Positions 21,835 to 31,738 of a stretch of 64,000 bases of DNA are shown piece after piece. The DNA comes from Planctomycetota bacterium. Lineage in GTDB: Bacteria > Planctomycetota > UBA1135 > UBA2386. Made by a program: the position numbers and the translations under genes. Location of the stretch: contig CANMWZ010000014.1 of the NCBI GenBank assembly GCA_947501605.1, positions 1-64,000 on the forward strand, in the 5' to 3' direction. Positions within the stretch are counted from its first letter, which is position 1. Every line of letters begins with the position of its first letter. The notes below the pieces were generated by a model. That model searched no databases and was not told the DNA's origin. It saw nothing but the letters and a program-made list of their open reading frames with translations.

Positions 21835-21966
21835 GCGGAGTGCTTCTGAGGGAGAAAAGGGCGCGCGATTCTATGCACCGACCCGCAACAGGCACGCGGG
21901 GAATTGTGCTGCGAGCGCGGAGTTCTTCGACGGTCGGACGGACGGTCGAGCGTCATGCCCCTCGGC

Positions 21967-22353
21967 CTAGAACGTGCTGATCGGCTCGCGTCCTGGCAGC
22001 CCGGTCTCCAGCGGGTGCCAGAACAGCACCGAGGCCTCCCCCAGACGCCAACAGAGGTAGACGTCAGCCCCACGGCGGCGGGCGCGAAAGTCGATCAGCC
22101 CAGTTCGCGCATCCTTCAACTCGACACCGAGCTCACTCAGCTCCGCAAAGAGGGCCCGCCACCGCACCGCGAGCGGTTCGACTTGGCTGTCCAGCTCGTC
22201 CTGCCATGCGGCATCGCGAGGTCGCTCGGACCGCTGGTGCGACTCGATGACTCTCGCCAACAGATCTGCGGTCGATTTGACGTCGGCCACGATGCGCGCG
22301 ACCAGTGGTAGCGCACGGTTGGCGAGTTCAGGCGTGTAGTAGCGATGCGGCAC
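21967..22353 (-). CDS. DUF2203 family protein
   Basis: YT..ANRALP, GVELKD..GLIDF, YLCWRLGE...WH..E.G..GR. Confidence 0.85.
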   Translation of the reverse strand: MPHRYYTPELANRALPLVARIVADVKSTADLLARVIESHQRSERPRDAAWQDELDSQVEPLAVRWRALFAELSELGVELKDARTGLIDFRARRRGADVYLCWRLGEASVLFWHPLETGLPGREPISTF

Positions 22354-22561
22354 GAGAGAACGTCGACGAAGTCAGAACCAAGGCGGCGCCTGCGGCAGCC
22401 CCAGGGCCGATCGGAATGCGAATGCGACGGGCTCCGTGGGGTGGCAACGCGCGGCAGACCCACCACCTCTGACCCGGCGGCGACCGCGGCATCCTGCGAT
22501 GCCAACCACCTGCAGGCCAACCACTTCCAGTTGCCCAAGAAGCTAGTTGCAGAAGAAGTCA

Positions 22562-22604
22562 GCCGCCCCGGATCGCTACCGCCGAAGCGGACGATCCGAG
22601 GCGG
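22562..22604 (-). terminator. Long hairpin downstream of tRNA-Ala (terminator/processing element)
   Basis: Minus strand CCGCCTCGGATCGT-CCGC-TTCG-GCGG-TAGCGATCCGGGGCGG with a cUUCGg tetraloop; weak U tract. Confidence 0.55.
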
Positions 22605-22608
22605 GATC

Positions 22609-22684
22609 TGGTGGAGTCGAGGGGGGTCGAACCCCTGACCTCTGCATTGCGAACGCAGCGCTCTACCAACTGAGCTACGACCCC
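22609..22684 (-). tRNA. tRNA-Ala(CGC)
   Basis: GGGGTCGTAGCTCAGTTGGTAGAGCG-CTGCG-TTCGCAA-TGCAG...GGTTCGACCCC...CTCCACCA; 76 nt; G3:U70 pair; encoded CCA. Confidence 0.97.
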
Positions 22685-22703
22685 GCAGACGGGGGCGCGA
22701 ACG

Positions 22704-23912
22704 TTAGCGAGCGGGTGCCGCCGGGTAAAGAGGTTCCTGATGGAGTGGCGTCAGCGGGCCAGGGCGCGGTCCGCCGACTGCAACGAAACCCGGGAGAGTG
22801 GCCCGCCACAACGACGGCAATCGGGTGCCGGCACAGAGCAGTTGCCCAGCGCCCTTCCCGATCCGGACCCCTGCGGCGGCCAGCACCACCGGACCATGGA
22901 GCCGAGCCTCCTCGGCTCCGACGTGCAAGGCGCCCGCGACGAACAGGCCGAGCTGCAAGTCGATCGACGTCGCGGCCTCGCGAGGCATGCCGACATAGAC
23001 ATTGCCCGCCCCCTCCACTGGCCCCGCGAACGCCACCGCAGCGAGCAGATCTTCTCCTTGCGACCAGCGGCCGTTGCCGTCTCGATCGATGAAGCTCGTG
23101 CCACCGTCGGCGCAGGTCGCAATCGTGAGTTTGCCAGGACCAAGCACGCGCACGGAACGACCGAGGTACACGTTTCCATGCACGACGATCGTCAGGTCGC
23201 CTGGCAGCGTGAGTTCGAGCGGCGCTCCGGAGCAATCCACCCAGAGGTTGCCGATCACCTGAACCACGCCCCCCTCGGGGATCCTGGGAGCACGCTGGTC
23301 CCGCCCCCCGCCGAGCACGTAGTCGCAACGATCGGTGCCAGCCGGCAGTCGGAGCAACGCGAGCCCGGCATCCACCACGGCAATTGCGGCCACCGCGCCC
23401 AAAAGCACTGGCGACGGTGCGGCCGAGAACCGCGGCAGGTCTTCGCGGACCATGGTGTTTGTCGTGAGCCACTCCGATGGCACGACCGCCTCTGGCGCAA
23501 CAGTCAACGAACGACCGAAGGCCGGTGGCGTCCCGCCGGCGATCTGCTGAAACAGGAAATCGAAGCGCTGCTCGGCGACTTGCGCCGACAACCTCAACTG
23601 CGAACCGTCCGCCAGTGGCGCGATGGTCGTCTCGACGATGAGCCCGTTGCCCGTGTCGATCGCGCGTGCAACATCGACCCCACCGCTGCTCACGTAGTCA
23701 CTCGCCGCCGACTCAGCCGCGACACGGGCTGCAAGCGCGTGGATATCGCCCCGCACTTCCGCTGTGTCTGCGAGCGCCCCCAGGGCGCGCTCCAAGACGA
23801 GCGCCGCAAGGCAGCCGGCGATGATCGCACCAAGAGCGAGAGGGGAGGACCACAACCAGCCGAGTCCCAAGCTCAGCACTGCACCGCGAGCCCTCGCACG
23901 GGCGGCGCTCAC
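22704..23912 (-). CDS. Hypothetical membrane-anchored protein, possibly PilX/pseudopilin-like
   Basis: GTGA overlap with upstream small ORF; RARGAVL followed by a hydrophobic helix; repeated VxGNx beta motifs and a DRDGNG Ca-loop. Confidence 0.45.
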   Translation of the reverse strand: MSAARARARGAVLSLGLGWLWSSPLALGAIIAGCLAALVLERALGALADTAEVRGDIHALAARVAAESAASDYVSSGGVDVARAIDTGNGLIVETTIAPLADGSQLRLSAQVAEQRFDFLFQQIAGGTPPAFGRSLTVAPEAVVPSEWLTTNTMVREDLPRFSAAPSPVLLGAVAAIAVVDAGLALLRLPAGTDRCDYVLGGGRDQRAPRIPEGGVVQVIGNLWVDCSGAPLELTLPGDLTIVVHGNVYLGRSVRVLGPGKLTIATCADGGTSFIDRDGNGRWSQGEDLLAAVAFAGPVEGAGNVYVGMPREAATSIDLQLGLFVAGALHVGAEEARLHGPVVLAAAGVRIGKGAGQLLCAGTRLPSLWRATLPGFVAVGGPRPGPLTPLHQEPLYPAAPAR

Positions 23913-24199
23913 GAACGCCCTCCGCCAGCACCGCACTCGAACACGATCGCGGGCCCTTGTGTAGTCGTGACGCGCAGCAACCGGCTACCAAACATGCCGT
24001 TGAGTTCCGAGATCGGGCCCTCCTGGCGAACCTCGGGCCGAGAAACGCAGTCAATGAGGTGCCGTAGCTGCGCACGGCGAAGTCGATTCGCCTGCACCGC
24101 CGTCTGTGTGCCGATGGTGACGACCGCGCAACAGAGCCCTGAGAGGAGCAGCAGCGCGGACAGATAGGTGCGTTCGCGCTGAAGCTCCTTTGAGGTCAC
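23909..24199 (-). CDS. Small membrane protein
   Basis: 96-aa ORF with one TM helix, coupled by GTGA overlaps on both sides. Confidence 0.55.
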   Translation of the reverse strand: MTSKELQRERTYLSALLLLSGLCCAVVTIGTQTAVQANRLRRAQLRHLIDCVSRPEVRQEGPISELNGMFGSRLLRVTTTQGPAIVFECGAGGGRS

Positions 24200-24693
24200 C
24201 GCCGTGCCTCCTCGACTACGGGACCCTGCGCTTCAGCTTCGATACCGACGTCGACCAGATCGCTCCCGGTAGTCGCACCAATGGGTGGATTTTGATTGAG
24301 CCAGTCGATCAAAGCGTTGCACTCGTGTGCGAGGTCTGCCAACAGATCACCGCGCCGAAGACTCACCCGGAACGACAGGTCGCCGCGACGGACGCGACGC
24401 AGCGTCTGGATCAGCCGGTGCTCGGGCCCCACAACGCGATGCGCCACTCGCATCCCGTGGACGACGACGATGAGGCATGCCAACGTGAGGCATGACGCAG
24501 CCATCAGATACACGGGCCAGCGAGTTGGCGGCGCTGGATCGGCCGACGCTGCACTGCTCAACGCGACAAAGCTCACACCAGTCAGGACGACCATCAAGAC
24601 GGCGGCGACCGCAAGCCCGAACACCGAGCCACGCGCCGCGCTCTCCACACCGACAGTCGCGGCTCGTCGTCGCTCGCAGGTTCGTCTGCTCAT
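24196..24693 (-). CDS. Two-TM HAMP-domain protein
   Basis: Two TM helices then AHRVVGP..RL...LRRV..GDLS.RV.LR.GD.L..LA...N.L HAMP motif; start uncertain (24693 or 24750). Confidence 0.7.
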   Translation of the reverse strand: MSRRTCERRRAATVGVESAARGSVFGLAVAAVLMVVLTGVSFVALSSAASADPAPPTRWPVYLMAASCLTLACLIVVVHGMRVAHRVVGPEHRLIQTLRRVRRGDLSFRVSLRRGDLLADLAHECNALIDWLNQNPPIGATTGSDLVDVGIEAEAQGPVVEEARR

Positions 24694-24911
24694 GATCCGC
24701 GTCACCGTCAGTTCCGCACCGCGCCCGTGTAACGTCGAAAGCGACACCATGTCGCGATCTCCGACAGTGCCTGTCATCGGCTGAGACTGGCGGACCATTG
24801 AGCGCCAAGGTCCTGGTAGGTCCCGCATTTGGACGCAAGAAGCGCCATGCCTGCAGCCGAAACATCCCGAGCATCCAATGTGGATGCGACGCATCTCGTA
24901 CGGACACACCC

Positions 24912-25730
24912 ATGACGGATTCGGCCAAACAGGGCAGCACCGACGGCAAGCAACGCGCAACCGTCATTGCGGTGACCTCGGGCAAGGGTGGCGTAGGCAA
25001 GACGTCTCTCTCGGTGAACATCGCATGTGAGTTCGGCCGTCGCGGCTACCGCACGGTGATCGTCGATGCCGACCTTGGTCTCGCAAACGCACACATCCTC
25101 GCCGGCATCAAGCCCGGGCGAACGCTCAGCGACTACATTGAAGGTCGCGCGACGCTCACGGAAGTCATCGAGGAAGGTCCGGCAAAGGTCCGGTTCATCT
25201 CTGGCGGCTCCGGAGTGAAAGAGATGGCGAACCTCGAGGACGGCGGCCGCAAGCGGATCATCCAAGCGATCGAAGAGCTGCGCCCCCACTGTGACGTGAT
25301 CATTCTGGACACAGGCGCCGGCGTCAGTCGCGGCGTCACCGATTTCGTTGCGATGGCCGACCACACCATCGTGGTCACCACGAGCAACTTTGCGGCGATC
25401 GCTGATGCTTACGGCATCATCAAGGTCGTCGTTCAAGACGGTTACCGCAACCCGATCCACTGTGTAGTGAATCGAGTTCGATCGCCTGAAGAGGCCGAGC
25501 AGGTCTACATGAAACTCAAGGGCTGCACCGAGCGCTTTTTGAGCTTCGACCTCAACTGGCTCGGCCTGCTGCCGGAAGATAACTCCGTTGAGGGCGCCGT
25601 TGTGAAGCGGTTGCCATTCAGCGAAGCCTTCCCCAGCAGCGTCGCCTCGCGATATCTGGCCAAGCTCGTCACCTCCCTCGCGCGCTATGTGAGCGCGAGC
25701 CCCAAGGTGCAGCCCACGCCGACGCGATGA
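24912..25730 (+). CDS. MinD/ParA family ATPase, FlhG/FleN-like
   Basis: VTSGKGGVGKT, DADLGLAN, GGSG, LDTGAGV, DAYGIIK, VVNRV. Confidence 0.85.
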   Translation: MTDSAKQGSTDGKQRATVIAVTSGKGGVGKTSLSVNIACEFGRRGYRTVIVDADLGLANAHILAGIKPGRTLSDYIEGRATLTEVIEEGPAKVRFISGGSGVKEMANLEDGGRKRIIQAIEELRPHCDVIILDTGAGVSRGVTDFVAMADHTIVVTTSNFAAIADAYGIIKVVVQDGYRNPIHCVVNRVRSPEEAEQVYMKLKGCTERFLSFDLNWLGLLPEDNSVEGAVVKRLPFSEAFPSSVASRYLAKLVTSLARYVSASPKVQPTPTR

Positions 25731-25815
25731 CGCAAGCGAAGGAATCAGGCAAAGAAATTCTGGGAGAGGGCGGGCTCAAACCCGCCGCGAATCAAAGGGA
25801 AGAGAGGAAAGAGGG

Positions 25816-26238
25816 ATGACCCGACTCACTAAGCAAGATGCGGAAGTCAACGTCGACCGCATGGATCATCAGACGACCGAGGAAGCCTTCGCCCGCCAGG
25901 CGAACAAGGGCATCCTCGCCGACAAAGTGGCGCAGGAACTGAATGTTCCTCGCCGCACGGCGGCGCGCGTCCTGGATGCGGTTCTCGACTCGATGAGCGA
26001 CCTGCTGCGTTCGCGCGGCAAAGTCGCAGTCAAGGGCTTCGGCACGTTCGAGAGGCGCATCCGCAAGGGCCGCGCCTACAAGCACCCGCTCACCGGCGAG
26101 AGCATCGACGTGGCGAACAAGGAGACCGTGATCTTCAAGCCGAGCGATCAACTGATTATCGACACGCGGACGACGGCCACGCCGCGTCAGCGTAAGCCGC
26201 AAGGCAGCCCGACCGACGACATCCTGTTCAAGGGCTGA
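25816..26238 (+). CDS. HU/IHF family DNA-binding protein with terminal extensions
   Basis: NK..L...VA, V.VKGFGTF..R.RKGR..HP.TGE.I, FKPS; purine-rich SD upstream. Confidence 0.88.
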   Translation: MTRLTKQDAEVNVDRMDHQTTEEAFARQANKGILADKVAQELNVPRRTAARVLDAVLDSMSDLLRSRGKVAVKGFGTFERRIRKGRAYKHPLTGESIDVANKETVIFKPSDQLIIDTRTTATPRQRKPQGSPTDDILFKG

Positions 26239-26362
26239 TCGTCACCGCAAGCGCGCGGTCGTCCGATGCGGACACCGCGCGCTTGCATGTACGGGCTTCG
26301 ACGCGTGACCTCGCCGCCCCGGCTTGGCTATCGTGTTGACCCTGCAGCGAACAGCTGCCCTC

Positions 26363-27247
26363 ATGCCCCAGCCCACCGACGAGACTCCGGAGACCCTGGT
26401 CGCTGCCTGCGTCCAGTTCGACGTTCACCGTGAAGACGTGACGGCGAACCTACGACAGGCGGAGGAAGGCATCGCCGAAGCAGCTAAGGCCTCTGCGCGA
26501 CTCTGTGTGTTGCCGGAGATGTGGTCGACTTCGTTCCTGACGACCTACGAGCAGTCGCTGCTCGATGCCGCCAGCATCGCCGAAACTCGCCTGCAGGAGC
26601 TGTCTCGCCAACACGCGATGGTGATCGTTGGCAGCAGCATCGAGAGTCGCGATGGCAACCTGCACAACTGCGCCCGAGTCTGGGACAGCGGAGTGCTGGC
26701 CGGTAGCTACCGCAAGGTGCATCTGTTCTCAGCCAACGCCGAGCATCGACATCTGCGTGGCGGCGACGAACCGTTGGTGGTCGACACGTCTGCCGGTCGC
26801 ATCGGCCTGCTGATCGGCTACGACCTTCGGTTCCCGGACTTGTCGCGCTACTACTTCCACAAGAGCGCCGAAATCCTGGTCGTGCCAGCGCAGTGGCCCG
26901 AGGTTCGGTCGCAGCACTGGCGCACGCTCCTGCGCGCTCGCGCCATCGAGAACATCGTCTTCGTGCTCGGTTGCAACCGCACGGGGCATGACGCTTCGCT
27001 GAAGAGTGATGAGGCGCTGTCGTTCCTCGGCGATGGCCGCATCGTCGACCCGACGGGCGAGATTCTCGCGTCGGGCAGCGGGGATGCCGGCGCACTGGTC
27101 GCAAACCTCGACCTGCGCACGGTGCGAACGATGCGACGCATCCTGCAGGTGCACCGCGACGAGCGGCCCTCGGTGTATCGCCGCCTGTGGGACGAGACCT
27201 TCCCGTCCATGGTCGAAGCCAGCCGCGAAAGCCAGCCCAAGCGCTGA
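26363..27247 (+). CDS. Carbon-nitrogen hydrolase family protein (catalytic Cys replaced by Gly)
   Basis: LPEMW, YRKVHLF, IGYDLRFP (canonical ICYDLRFP), ARAIEN, CNRTG. Confidence 0.85.
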   Translation: MPQPTDETPETLVAACVQFDVHREDVTANLRQAEEGIAEAAKASARLCVLPEMWSTSFLTTYEQSLLDAASIAETRLQELSRQHAMVIVGSSIESRDGNLHNCARVWDSGVLAGSYRKVHLFSANAEHRHLRGGDEPLVVDTSAGRIGLLIGYDLRFPDLSRYYFHKSAEILVVPAQWPEVRSQHWRTLLRARAIENIVFVLGCNRTGHDASLKSDEALSFLGDGRIVDPTGEILASGSGDAGALVANLDLRTVRTMRRILQVHRDERPSVYRRLWDETFPSMVEASRESQPKR

Positions 27248-27303
27248 CGGGAAAGGGAAAGCGGCTACCACTCGATCTGCCGCCGCATCCCCGCGGGCGG
27301 GGA

Positions 27304-28497
27304 TCACTCCACGAATGCAGCGAGACGACTGCGCGGACCTGGCTTCTTGAGGCGCGCGAGCGCCGCACTCTCCAACTGGCGCACACGTTCGGCGCTGATG
27401 CCGAAGTCCACCGCGATCTGACCGAGTGTCTCGGGCTCCCTTCCGCCAAGACCAAAGCGCCGGCGCAGGATCTGTTGATCTCGGTCCGTCAGGTCACCCA
27501 GCACCGCCGCGATGCTCGCGTGGAGATCGCCGACTGGAACACTCTCTGGCACAGGCACCGCGTCCTCGTCAGCAAGTGACTGCAGTAGGGTGTGCGTTCC
27601 GTCCTCGCCGCCGCGTTCGGCGTCAAGACTGACGGCGTAGCGCTTGGTCGACAGTACCCAGTCGATCTTCTCAACCGGTAGCCCGAGCTTCGCGGCGACG
27701 TCCGCATTGGACAACTCGTGTCCGGATCGGCGGCCTTCATCCTGCACCCGACGTACACGGCCGAGGATCTTCTGGACCCACACCGGAATCCGCACCGTGC
27801 GGGAGCTGTTGTAGAGCATCTTCAGCACAGCCTGCTGAACCCAGTACTGCGCATAGGTACGGAAACGGACCTCACGACGCCAATCGAAGCCCTCGATCGC
27901 CTGGAACAGCGAGGCGTTGCCCTCTTGGATCAGATCCGGGGCATCGACACCGAGACCGCGGTAACGAGCAACAGTGCCGAGCACGATGTGCAAGGCGCCT
28001 TCGACGTAGAGATTGCGAAGGTCCTCGAGCTGCGCAAGGCAGCGCTCCAGATAACCTTGATGCGCTCCCGCTCCGACGCGCGCGGCGACTTCGCTGCGCG
28101 ACTTGCCGGCGAGTGCCTTTGCGTCGGACGGCTTCAGCCCAGAGCGCTCGAGCTCTCGGCTCACGCGGCACTTCATGAACTCGTAGCGCCGCGCCATGCG
28201 GAACTCCTCCTCGCGGTCCATCGGCGGCAGGCGCCGGAGCTCAACTTGGTAAAAGCCGGTGCCGCGAACGTCCGGCACCGGGGATGCCCGACCAGGACTC
28301 GTGACCACCGCACGGCGATCCCGGTAGGCGATCACATCGACGTCAGCGTCGGCCCGACGGAGTTTGGTGACCAGTTGCTCCACGGCCCGCTCGAAGCGTG
28401 CCGTCGGCACATCGAGAGCTGCGTCGAGCTGCTCGATCTCCACAGCGCGGCCGCGGGTCAGGGTCAACTTGCACTTCGCGAAGATGTTGGGGAGCAC
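27304..28497 (-). CDS. RNA polymerase sigma-70 factor (alternative, RpoS/RpoH-like; regions 1.2-4)
   Basis: DLIQEGN, F.TYA.YW..QA, RTVRIP, SLD, RRFGL...TL.QIA..FGISAERVRQLE; start uncertain. Confidence 0.88.
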   Translation of the reverse strand: MLPNIFAKCKLTLTRGRAVEIEQLDAALDVPTARFERAVEQLVTKLRRADADVDVIAYRDRRAVVTSPGRASPVPDVRGTGFYQVELRRLPPMDREEEFRMARRYEFMKCRVSRELERSGLKPSDAKALAGKSRSEVAARVGAGAHQGYLERCLAQLEDLRNLYVEGALHIVLGTVARYRGLGVDAPDLIQEGNASLFQAIEGFDWRREVRFRTYAQYWVQQAVLKMLYNSSRTVRIPVWVQKILGRVRRVQDEGRRSGHELSNADVAAKLGLPVEKIDWVLSTKRYAVSLDAERGGEDGTHTLLQSLADEDAVPVPESVPVGDLHASIAAVLGDLTDRDQQILRRRFGLGGREPETLGQIAVDFGISAERVRQLESAALARLKKPGPRSRLAAFVE

Positions 28498-28733
28498 AAT
28501 GAGCCTCCAGGCTGCGGTCGCTGGCTCGCGCGAGCGGGACGAAGAAAGTCGTCCAGGACTCCGCCGCACGGTCAGCGTTGGATGCAGCCTGCCCTTGTCG
28601 GTGAACAACATGCGTGCCTAGTGGCATTGGCACAACGATGCCGCTCACAGTCGGACCGCAAGCTTCGCTGCAGTTGAGCCCGCGCGCGCAGGACCCAATG
28701 CGCACCAGCGGCGCAGGGGTCGGACGCCACAAG

Positions 28734-29690
28734 TCAGCGCTGGCGCCGAGCCAACACGATGGCGAGGACGAGGACCGCGAGCGCGGCAAACACGCCGATG
28801 CCGACCAACAGCGAAGAGCTGGAGCCTTCAACCTCGAGGCCCGAGTCGGGCGAAGTGCCGCCCTGCTCCCCTGCAGTCTGAATCGGATTGGCACGGTGGA
28901 TGTCCGCCAGTTCGGCAGCCTCAGGCGACCCGTTGGCAGGCAGCGCATCCGGCTTGCCCGGTGCACCCTGCTCCGAATCCGTTGCGGCCTTGACGCTGCC
29001 GGCACCGACCGGGCCCGTTCCCAAAGCCGCTGATTGTGCAGCACCGACTTGGACCGGTGGCTTGGCCGACGCACCGACCTCGATTGCCACACTGTAGTTC
29101 TCGCGGAAATGCCCAATCGGCTGACCGCTAGCGCCACTGTTCAGGTCGAACTCGAGAGCGAGCACGACGTTTCGCTTTTCTGCGAGCCGTGCATCGCTCG
29201 GCATCGTCACAGCGACCTCAATCACCGCCCAGTTGTCGTAGACCGGTTGCCCAAGATAGGCCGGCGCAACGCGCCCCTGAGTCGCCGGACGAATGCTCCA
29301 CTGCCCAATGGGAATCGAGCCGGCTACCTCCTGAAGAGTCAACGACGACGGTGAGGTCATAACCGAGTCGCCCTCGAGCATCATCGTCACGAGCAACGTG
29401 CCCGTCTGGCCAGGGAGCAAGCGCTTGGGCTGCACTGCGCCATCGAACCGACAGTGGCCACGTGCGCCCAGCACGCGAGGAGCCTTGTCGAGTGTGAAGC
29501 CCTCCTTGCCGGTCGCATCGACATCGCCCTCTTCCTTCTTCCCCTCGAGGGACTCTTGGTCCACCGCCTGGATGCCGCCCTTGGCGCCGCCGCCTTTTGC
29601 GTCGGAACCGCCCAAGGGCTTGTCTTGAGCGGACAACGGCAGCGCTAGCAGCGAGAGGAGCAAGGCAGAGGGAATGCGGCTCATGGACAT
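28734..29690 (-). CDS. Secreted protein with DsbD-N-like Ig domain and C-terminal TM anchor
   Basis: Signal peptide ending LSA-Q; beta-sandwich region; low-complexity linker; C-terminal TM followed by RRQR. Confidence 0.5.
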   Translation of the reverse strand: MSMSRIPSALLLSLLALPLSAQDKPLGGSDAKGGGAKGGIQAVDQESLEGKKEEGDVDATGKEGFTLDKAPRVLGARGHCRFDGAVQPKRLLPGQTGTLLVTMMLEGDSVMTSPSSLTLQEVAGSIPIGQWSIRPATQGRVAPAYLGQPVYDNWAVIEVAVTMPSDARLAEKRNVVLALEFDLNSGASGQPIGHFRENYSVAIEVGASAKPPVQVGAAQSAALGTGPVGAGSVKAATDSEQGAPGKPDALPANGSPEAAELADIHRANPIQTAGEQGGTSPDSGLEVEGSSSSLLVGIGVFAALAVLVLAIVLARRQR

Positions 29691-29860
29691 CCTTGGAGAA
29701 TACTCGCATACGCCGCGGGGTCGACGGCGTCGGTCAATCGGCCGCTCGGACGCAAGGCGCCTCCTGACCCGCCGCAAAAATGGCGGACTTCGTCCCGGAG
29801 CGGGCCAGCCGAACCACACCTTGAAAGGGCCCCATGGCGAGGCTAGTTTCCCTGCCCCTT

Positions 29861-30925
29861 ATGGGCGCCGACACTACCGCAGCTACCGAATCCTCCGTTC
29901 TCGACGCCCTCCGCGCCGTGCGCGACCCCGACCTCGGCCAGGACATCGTCGCCCTGGGCTTCATCAAGAACCTCCGCATCTGCGATGGAGCGGTCGCCTT
30001 CGCGATCGAGTTGACGACACCCGCCTGTCCTGTGAAGGACCTGATGAAGGAGCAGGCCGAACGCGCCGTCCGCGGGCTGCCAGGCGTTCGCAGCGTGCAG
30101 ATCGAAATGACTGCGCGGGTGACCGCGAGCCGCCCGGTTCTGGGCGAAAAGGGGATGATCCCAGGCGTCAAGAACGTGATCGCGGTGTCCTCGGGCAAGG
30201 GCGGCGTCGGCAAGTCAACCGTCGCAGTCAACCTCGCTTGTGCGCTGCAGTTGAGCGGCGCGCGCGTTGGCATCCTTGACGCCGACGTCTACGGCCCCAA
30301 CGTACCGCTGATGCTCGGTGTCCGCGGCCAACCTGAGGTCAAGGACAAGAAGATCCAGCCGTTTGAGCATTACGGACTGCAGATCATGTCGATGGCGCTC
30401 CTGGTCGCCGATGACCAGCCGGTCATCTGGCGCGGGCCCATGCTCCACTCGGCCGTGCGGCAGTTCCTGTTCGATGTCGCATGGCACGATCTCGACTACC
30501 TCGTCGTGGATCTGCCGCCTGGCACCGGCGATGCGCAGTTGTCACTGAGCCAGCAGGCCCACCTCATGGGTGCGGTCATCGTCACCACTCCGCAGGACGT
30601 CTCCGTCCTCGACGTGAGGAAGGCGATCCGCATGTTCCAGTCGGTCAACGTGCCGATGCTCGGAATCGTCGAGAACATGGCGTGGTTCACGCCTCCTGGC
30701 AGCACCGAGAAGTACCACATTTTCGGCGAAGGCGGCGGCGCTCGCATCGAGCGCGAGTTTGGGTTGCCGCTGCTCGGCCAGATCCCCATCGAGATTGCGG
30801 TTCGCGAAGGCGGCGACAAGGGTCACCCGATCGTGCACGCATTCCCCGAATCCATCACCGCCAAGGCGCTGCGCAGCATCGCCGGCAAGGTGGCACAACG
30901 AGTCAGCATCCTCAACGCGGAGTGA
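29861..30925 (+). CDS. mrp: Mrp/ApbC/NBP35 Fe-S cluster carrier ATPase
   Basis: N-terminal DUF59 (V.DPDL, LTTPACP), SGKGGVGKSTV, DADVYGP, WRGPM, DLPPGTGD, VTTPQ. Confidence 0.93.
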   Translation: MGADTTAATESSVLDALRAVRDPDLGQDIVALGFIKNLRICDGAVAFAIELTTPACPVKDLMKEQAERAVRGLPGVRSVQIEMTARVTASRPVLGEKGMIPGVKNVIAVSSGKGGVGKSTVAVNLACALQLSGARVGILDADVYGPNVPLMLGVRGQPEVKDKKIQPFEHYGLQIMSMALLVADDQPVIWRGPMLHSAVRQFLFDVAWHDLDYLVVDLPPGTGDAQLSLSQQAHLMGAVIVTTPQDVSVLDVRKAIRMFQSVNVPMLGIVENMAWFTPPGSTEKYHIFGEGGGARIEREFGLPLLGQIPIEIAVREGGDKGHPIVHAFPESITAKALRSIAGKVAQRVSILNAE

Positions 30926-30929
30926 TCCT

Positions 30930-31160
30930 ATGAACCCGACCCAGAAGAGCAACACGAAGACCGGCCCCTTCAACCCCAAGACCACGATGCTGGAGGCGCT
31001 CACCGCCGATCCGTCGCTCGGTATGGTACTCATGCGCGATTTCCACATCGGTGGCTGCAGCAACTGCGGCTTCGATCCGCATGCGTCGATTGAAGAGGTC
31101 GCACAGCAGAATGGCGTTCCGACCGAACGACTGCTGGCTGCCCTCAACCGCCAGGGCTGA
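30930..31160 (+). CDS. DUF1858-like small CxxC protein
   Basis: FHIGGCSNCG...SIEEVAQQNGV...LLAALN; starts 4 nt after mrp. Confidence 0.7.
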   Translation: MNPTQKSNTKTGPFNPKTTMLEALTADPSLGMVLMRDFHIGGCSNCGFDPHASIEEVAQQNGVPTERLLAALNRQG

Positions 31161-31331
31161 GCCCCTCCGAAATCACCCAGGGCGAGCGATTCTGCCTGCG
31201 TCGCAGCACTCGCCAACCGCAGCGCCTCGAGCCGACGATTCGTCGGCTCGCAGGTTGTGCCCTTGCACCGGACCGTCCGGCGGCCAAAATGCCCCGCCCG
31301 AACGGCGGTCCAGAACCGAAGAACGAGAACC

Positions 31332-31658
31332 ATGAGCAAGGTCACCGAACTCACCGACGACAACTTCCAGAAGACCATCGCAGCAGCAAGCATGCCGGTG
31401 TTGGTCGACTTCAGCGCCACTTGGTGCGGCCCGTGCAAGGCACTCGCCCCGACGATCGACAAGATCGCGGCCGAGTACGCCGGCAAGCTCGCGGTCTACA
31501 AAGTCGACATCGACAACGCGCAAGAAGCCGCGTCCGACTTCAACATCAGCTCGGTTCCGACCTGCGTCTTCTTCAAGAGCAGCAAGGAAGTCGATCGGTT
31601 CTCGGGCGCGCTCGACCTGCGCTCGATCAAGAGTCACATCGAGAAGGTCCTCGCCTGA
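31332..31658 (+). CDS. trxA: Thioredoxin
   Basis: VLVDFSATWCGPCK, SVPT. Confidence 0.95.
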   Translation: MSKVTELTDDNFQKTIAAASMPVLVDFSATWCGPCKALAPTIDKIAAEYAGKLAVYKVDIDNAQEAASDFNISSVPTCVFFKSSKEVDRFSGALDLRSIKSHIEKVLA

Positions 31659-31738
31659 TCCGCGACGGCCGACGTCTCGCGTCGGCTTCCCCCGCCCACC
31701 GGCCGGATCTGCCCGCCGGCCGCGCAAATCCGTCAGCG

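Noticed and set aside
22353..22704. tRNA-Ala (and tRNA-Leu at 38074) as island integration sites
   Set aside because: No integrase, duplicated tRNA 3' end or compositional shift seen in the window.
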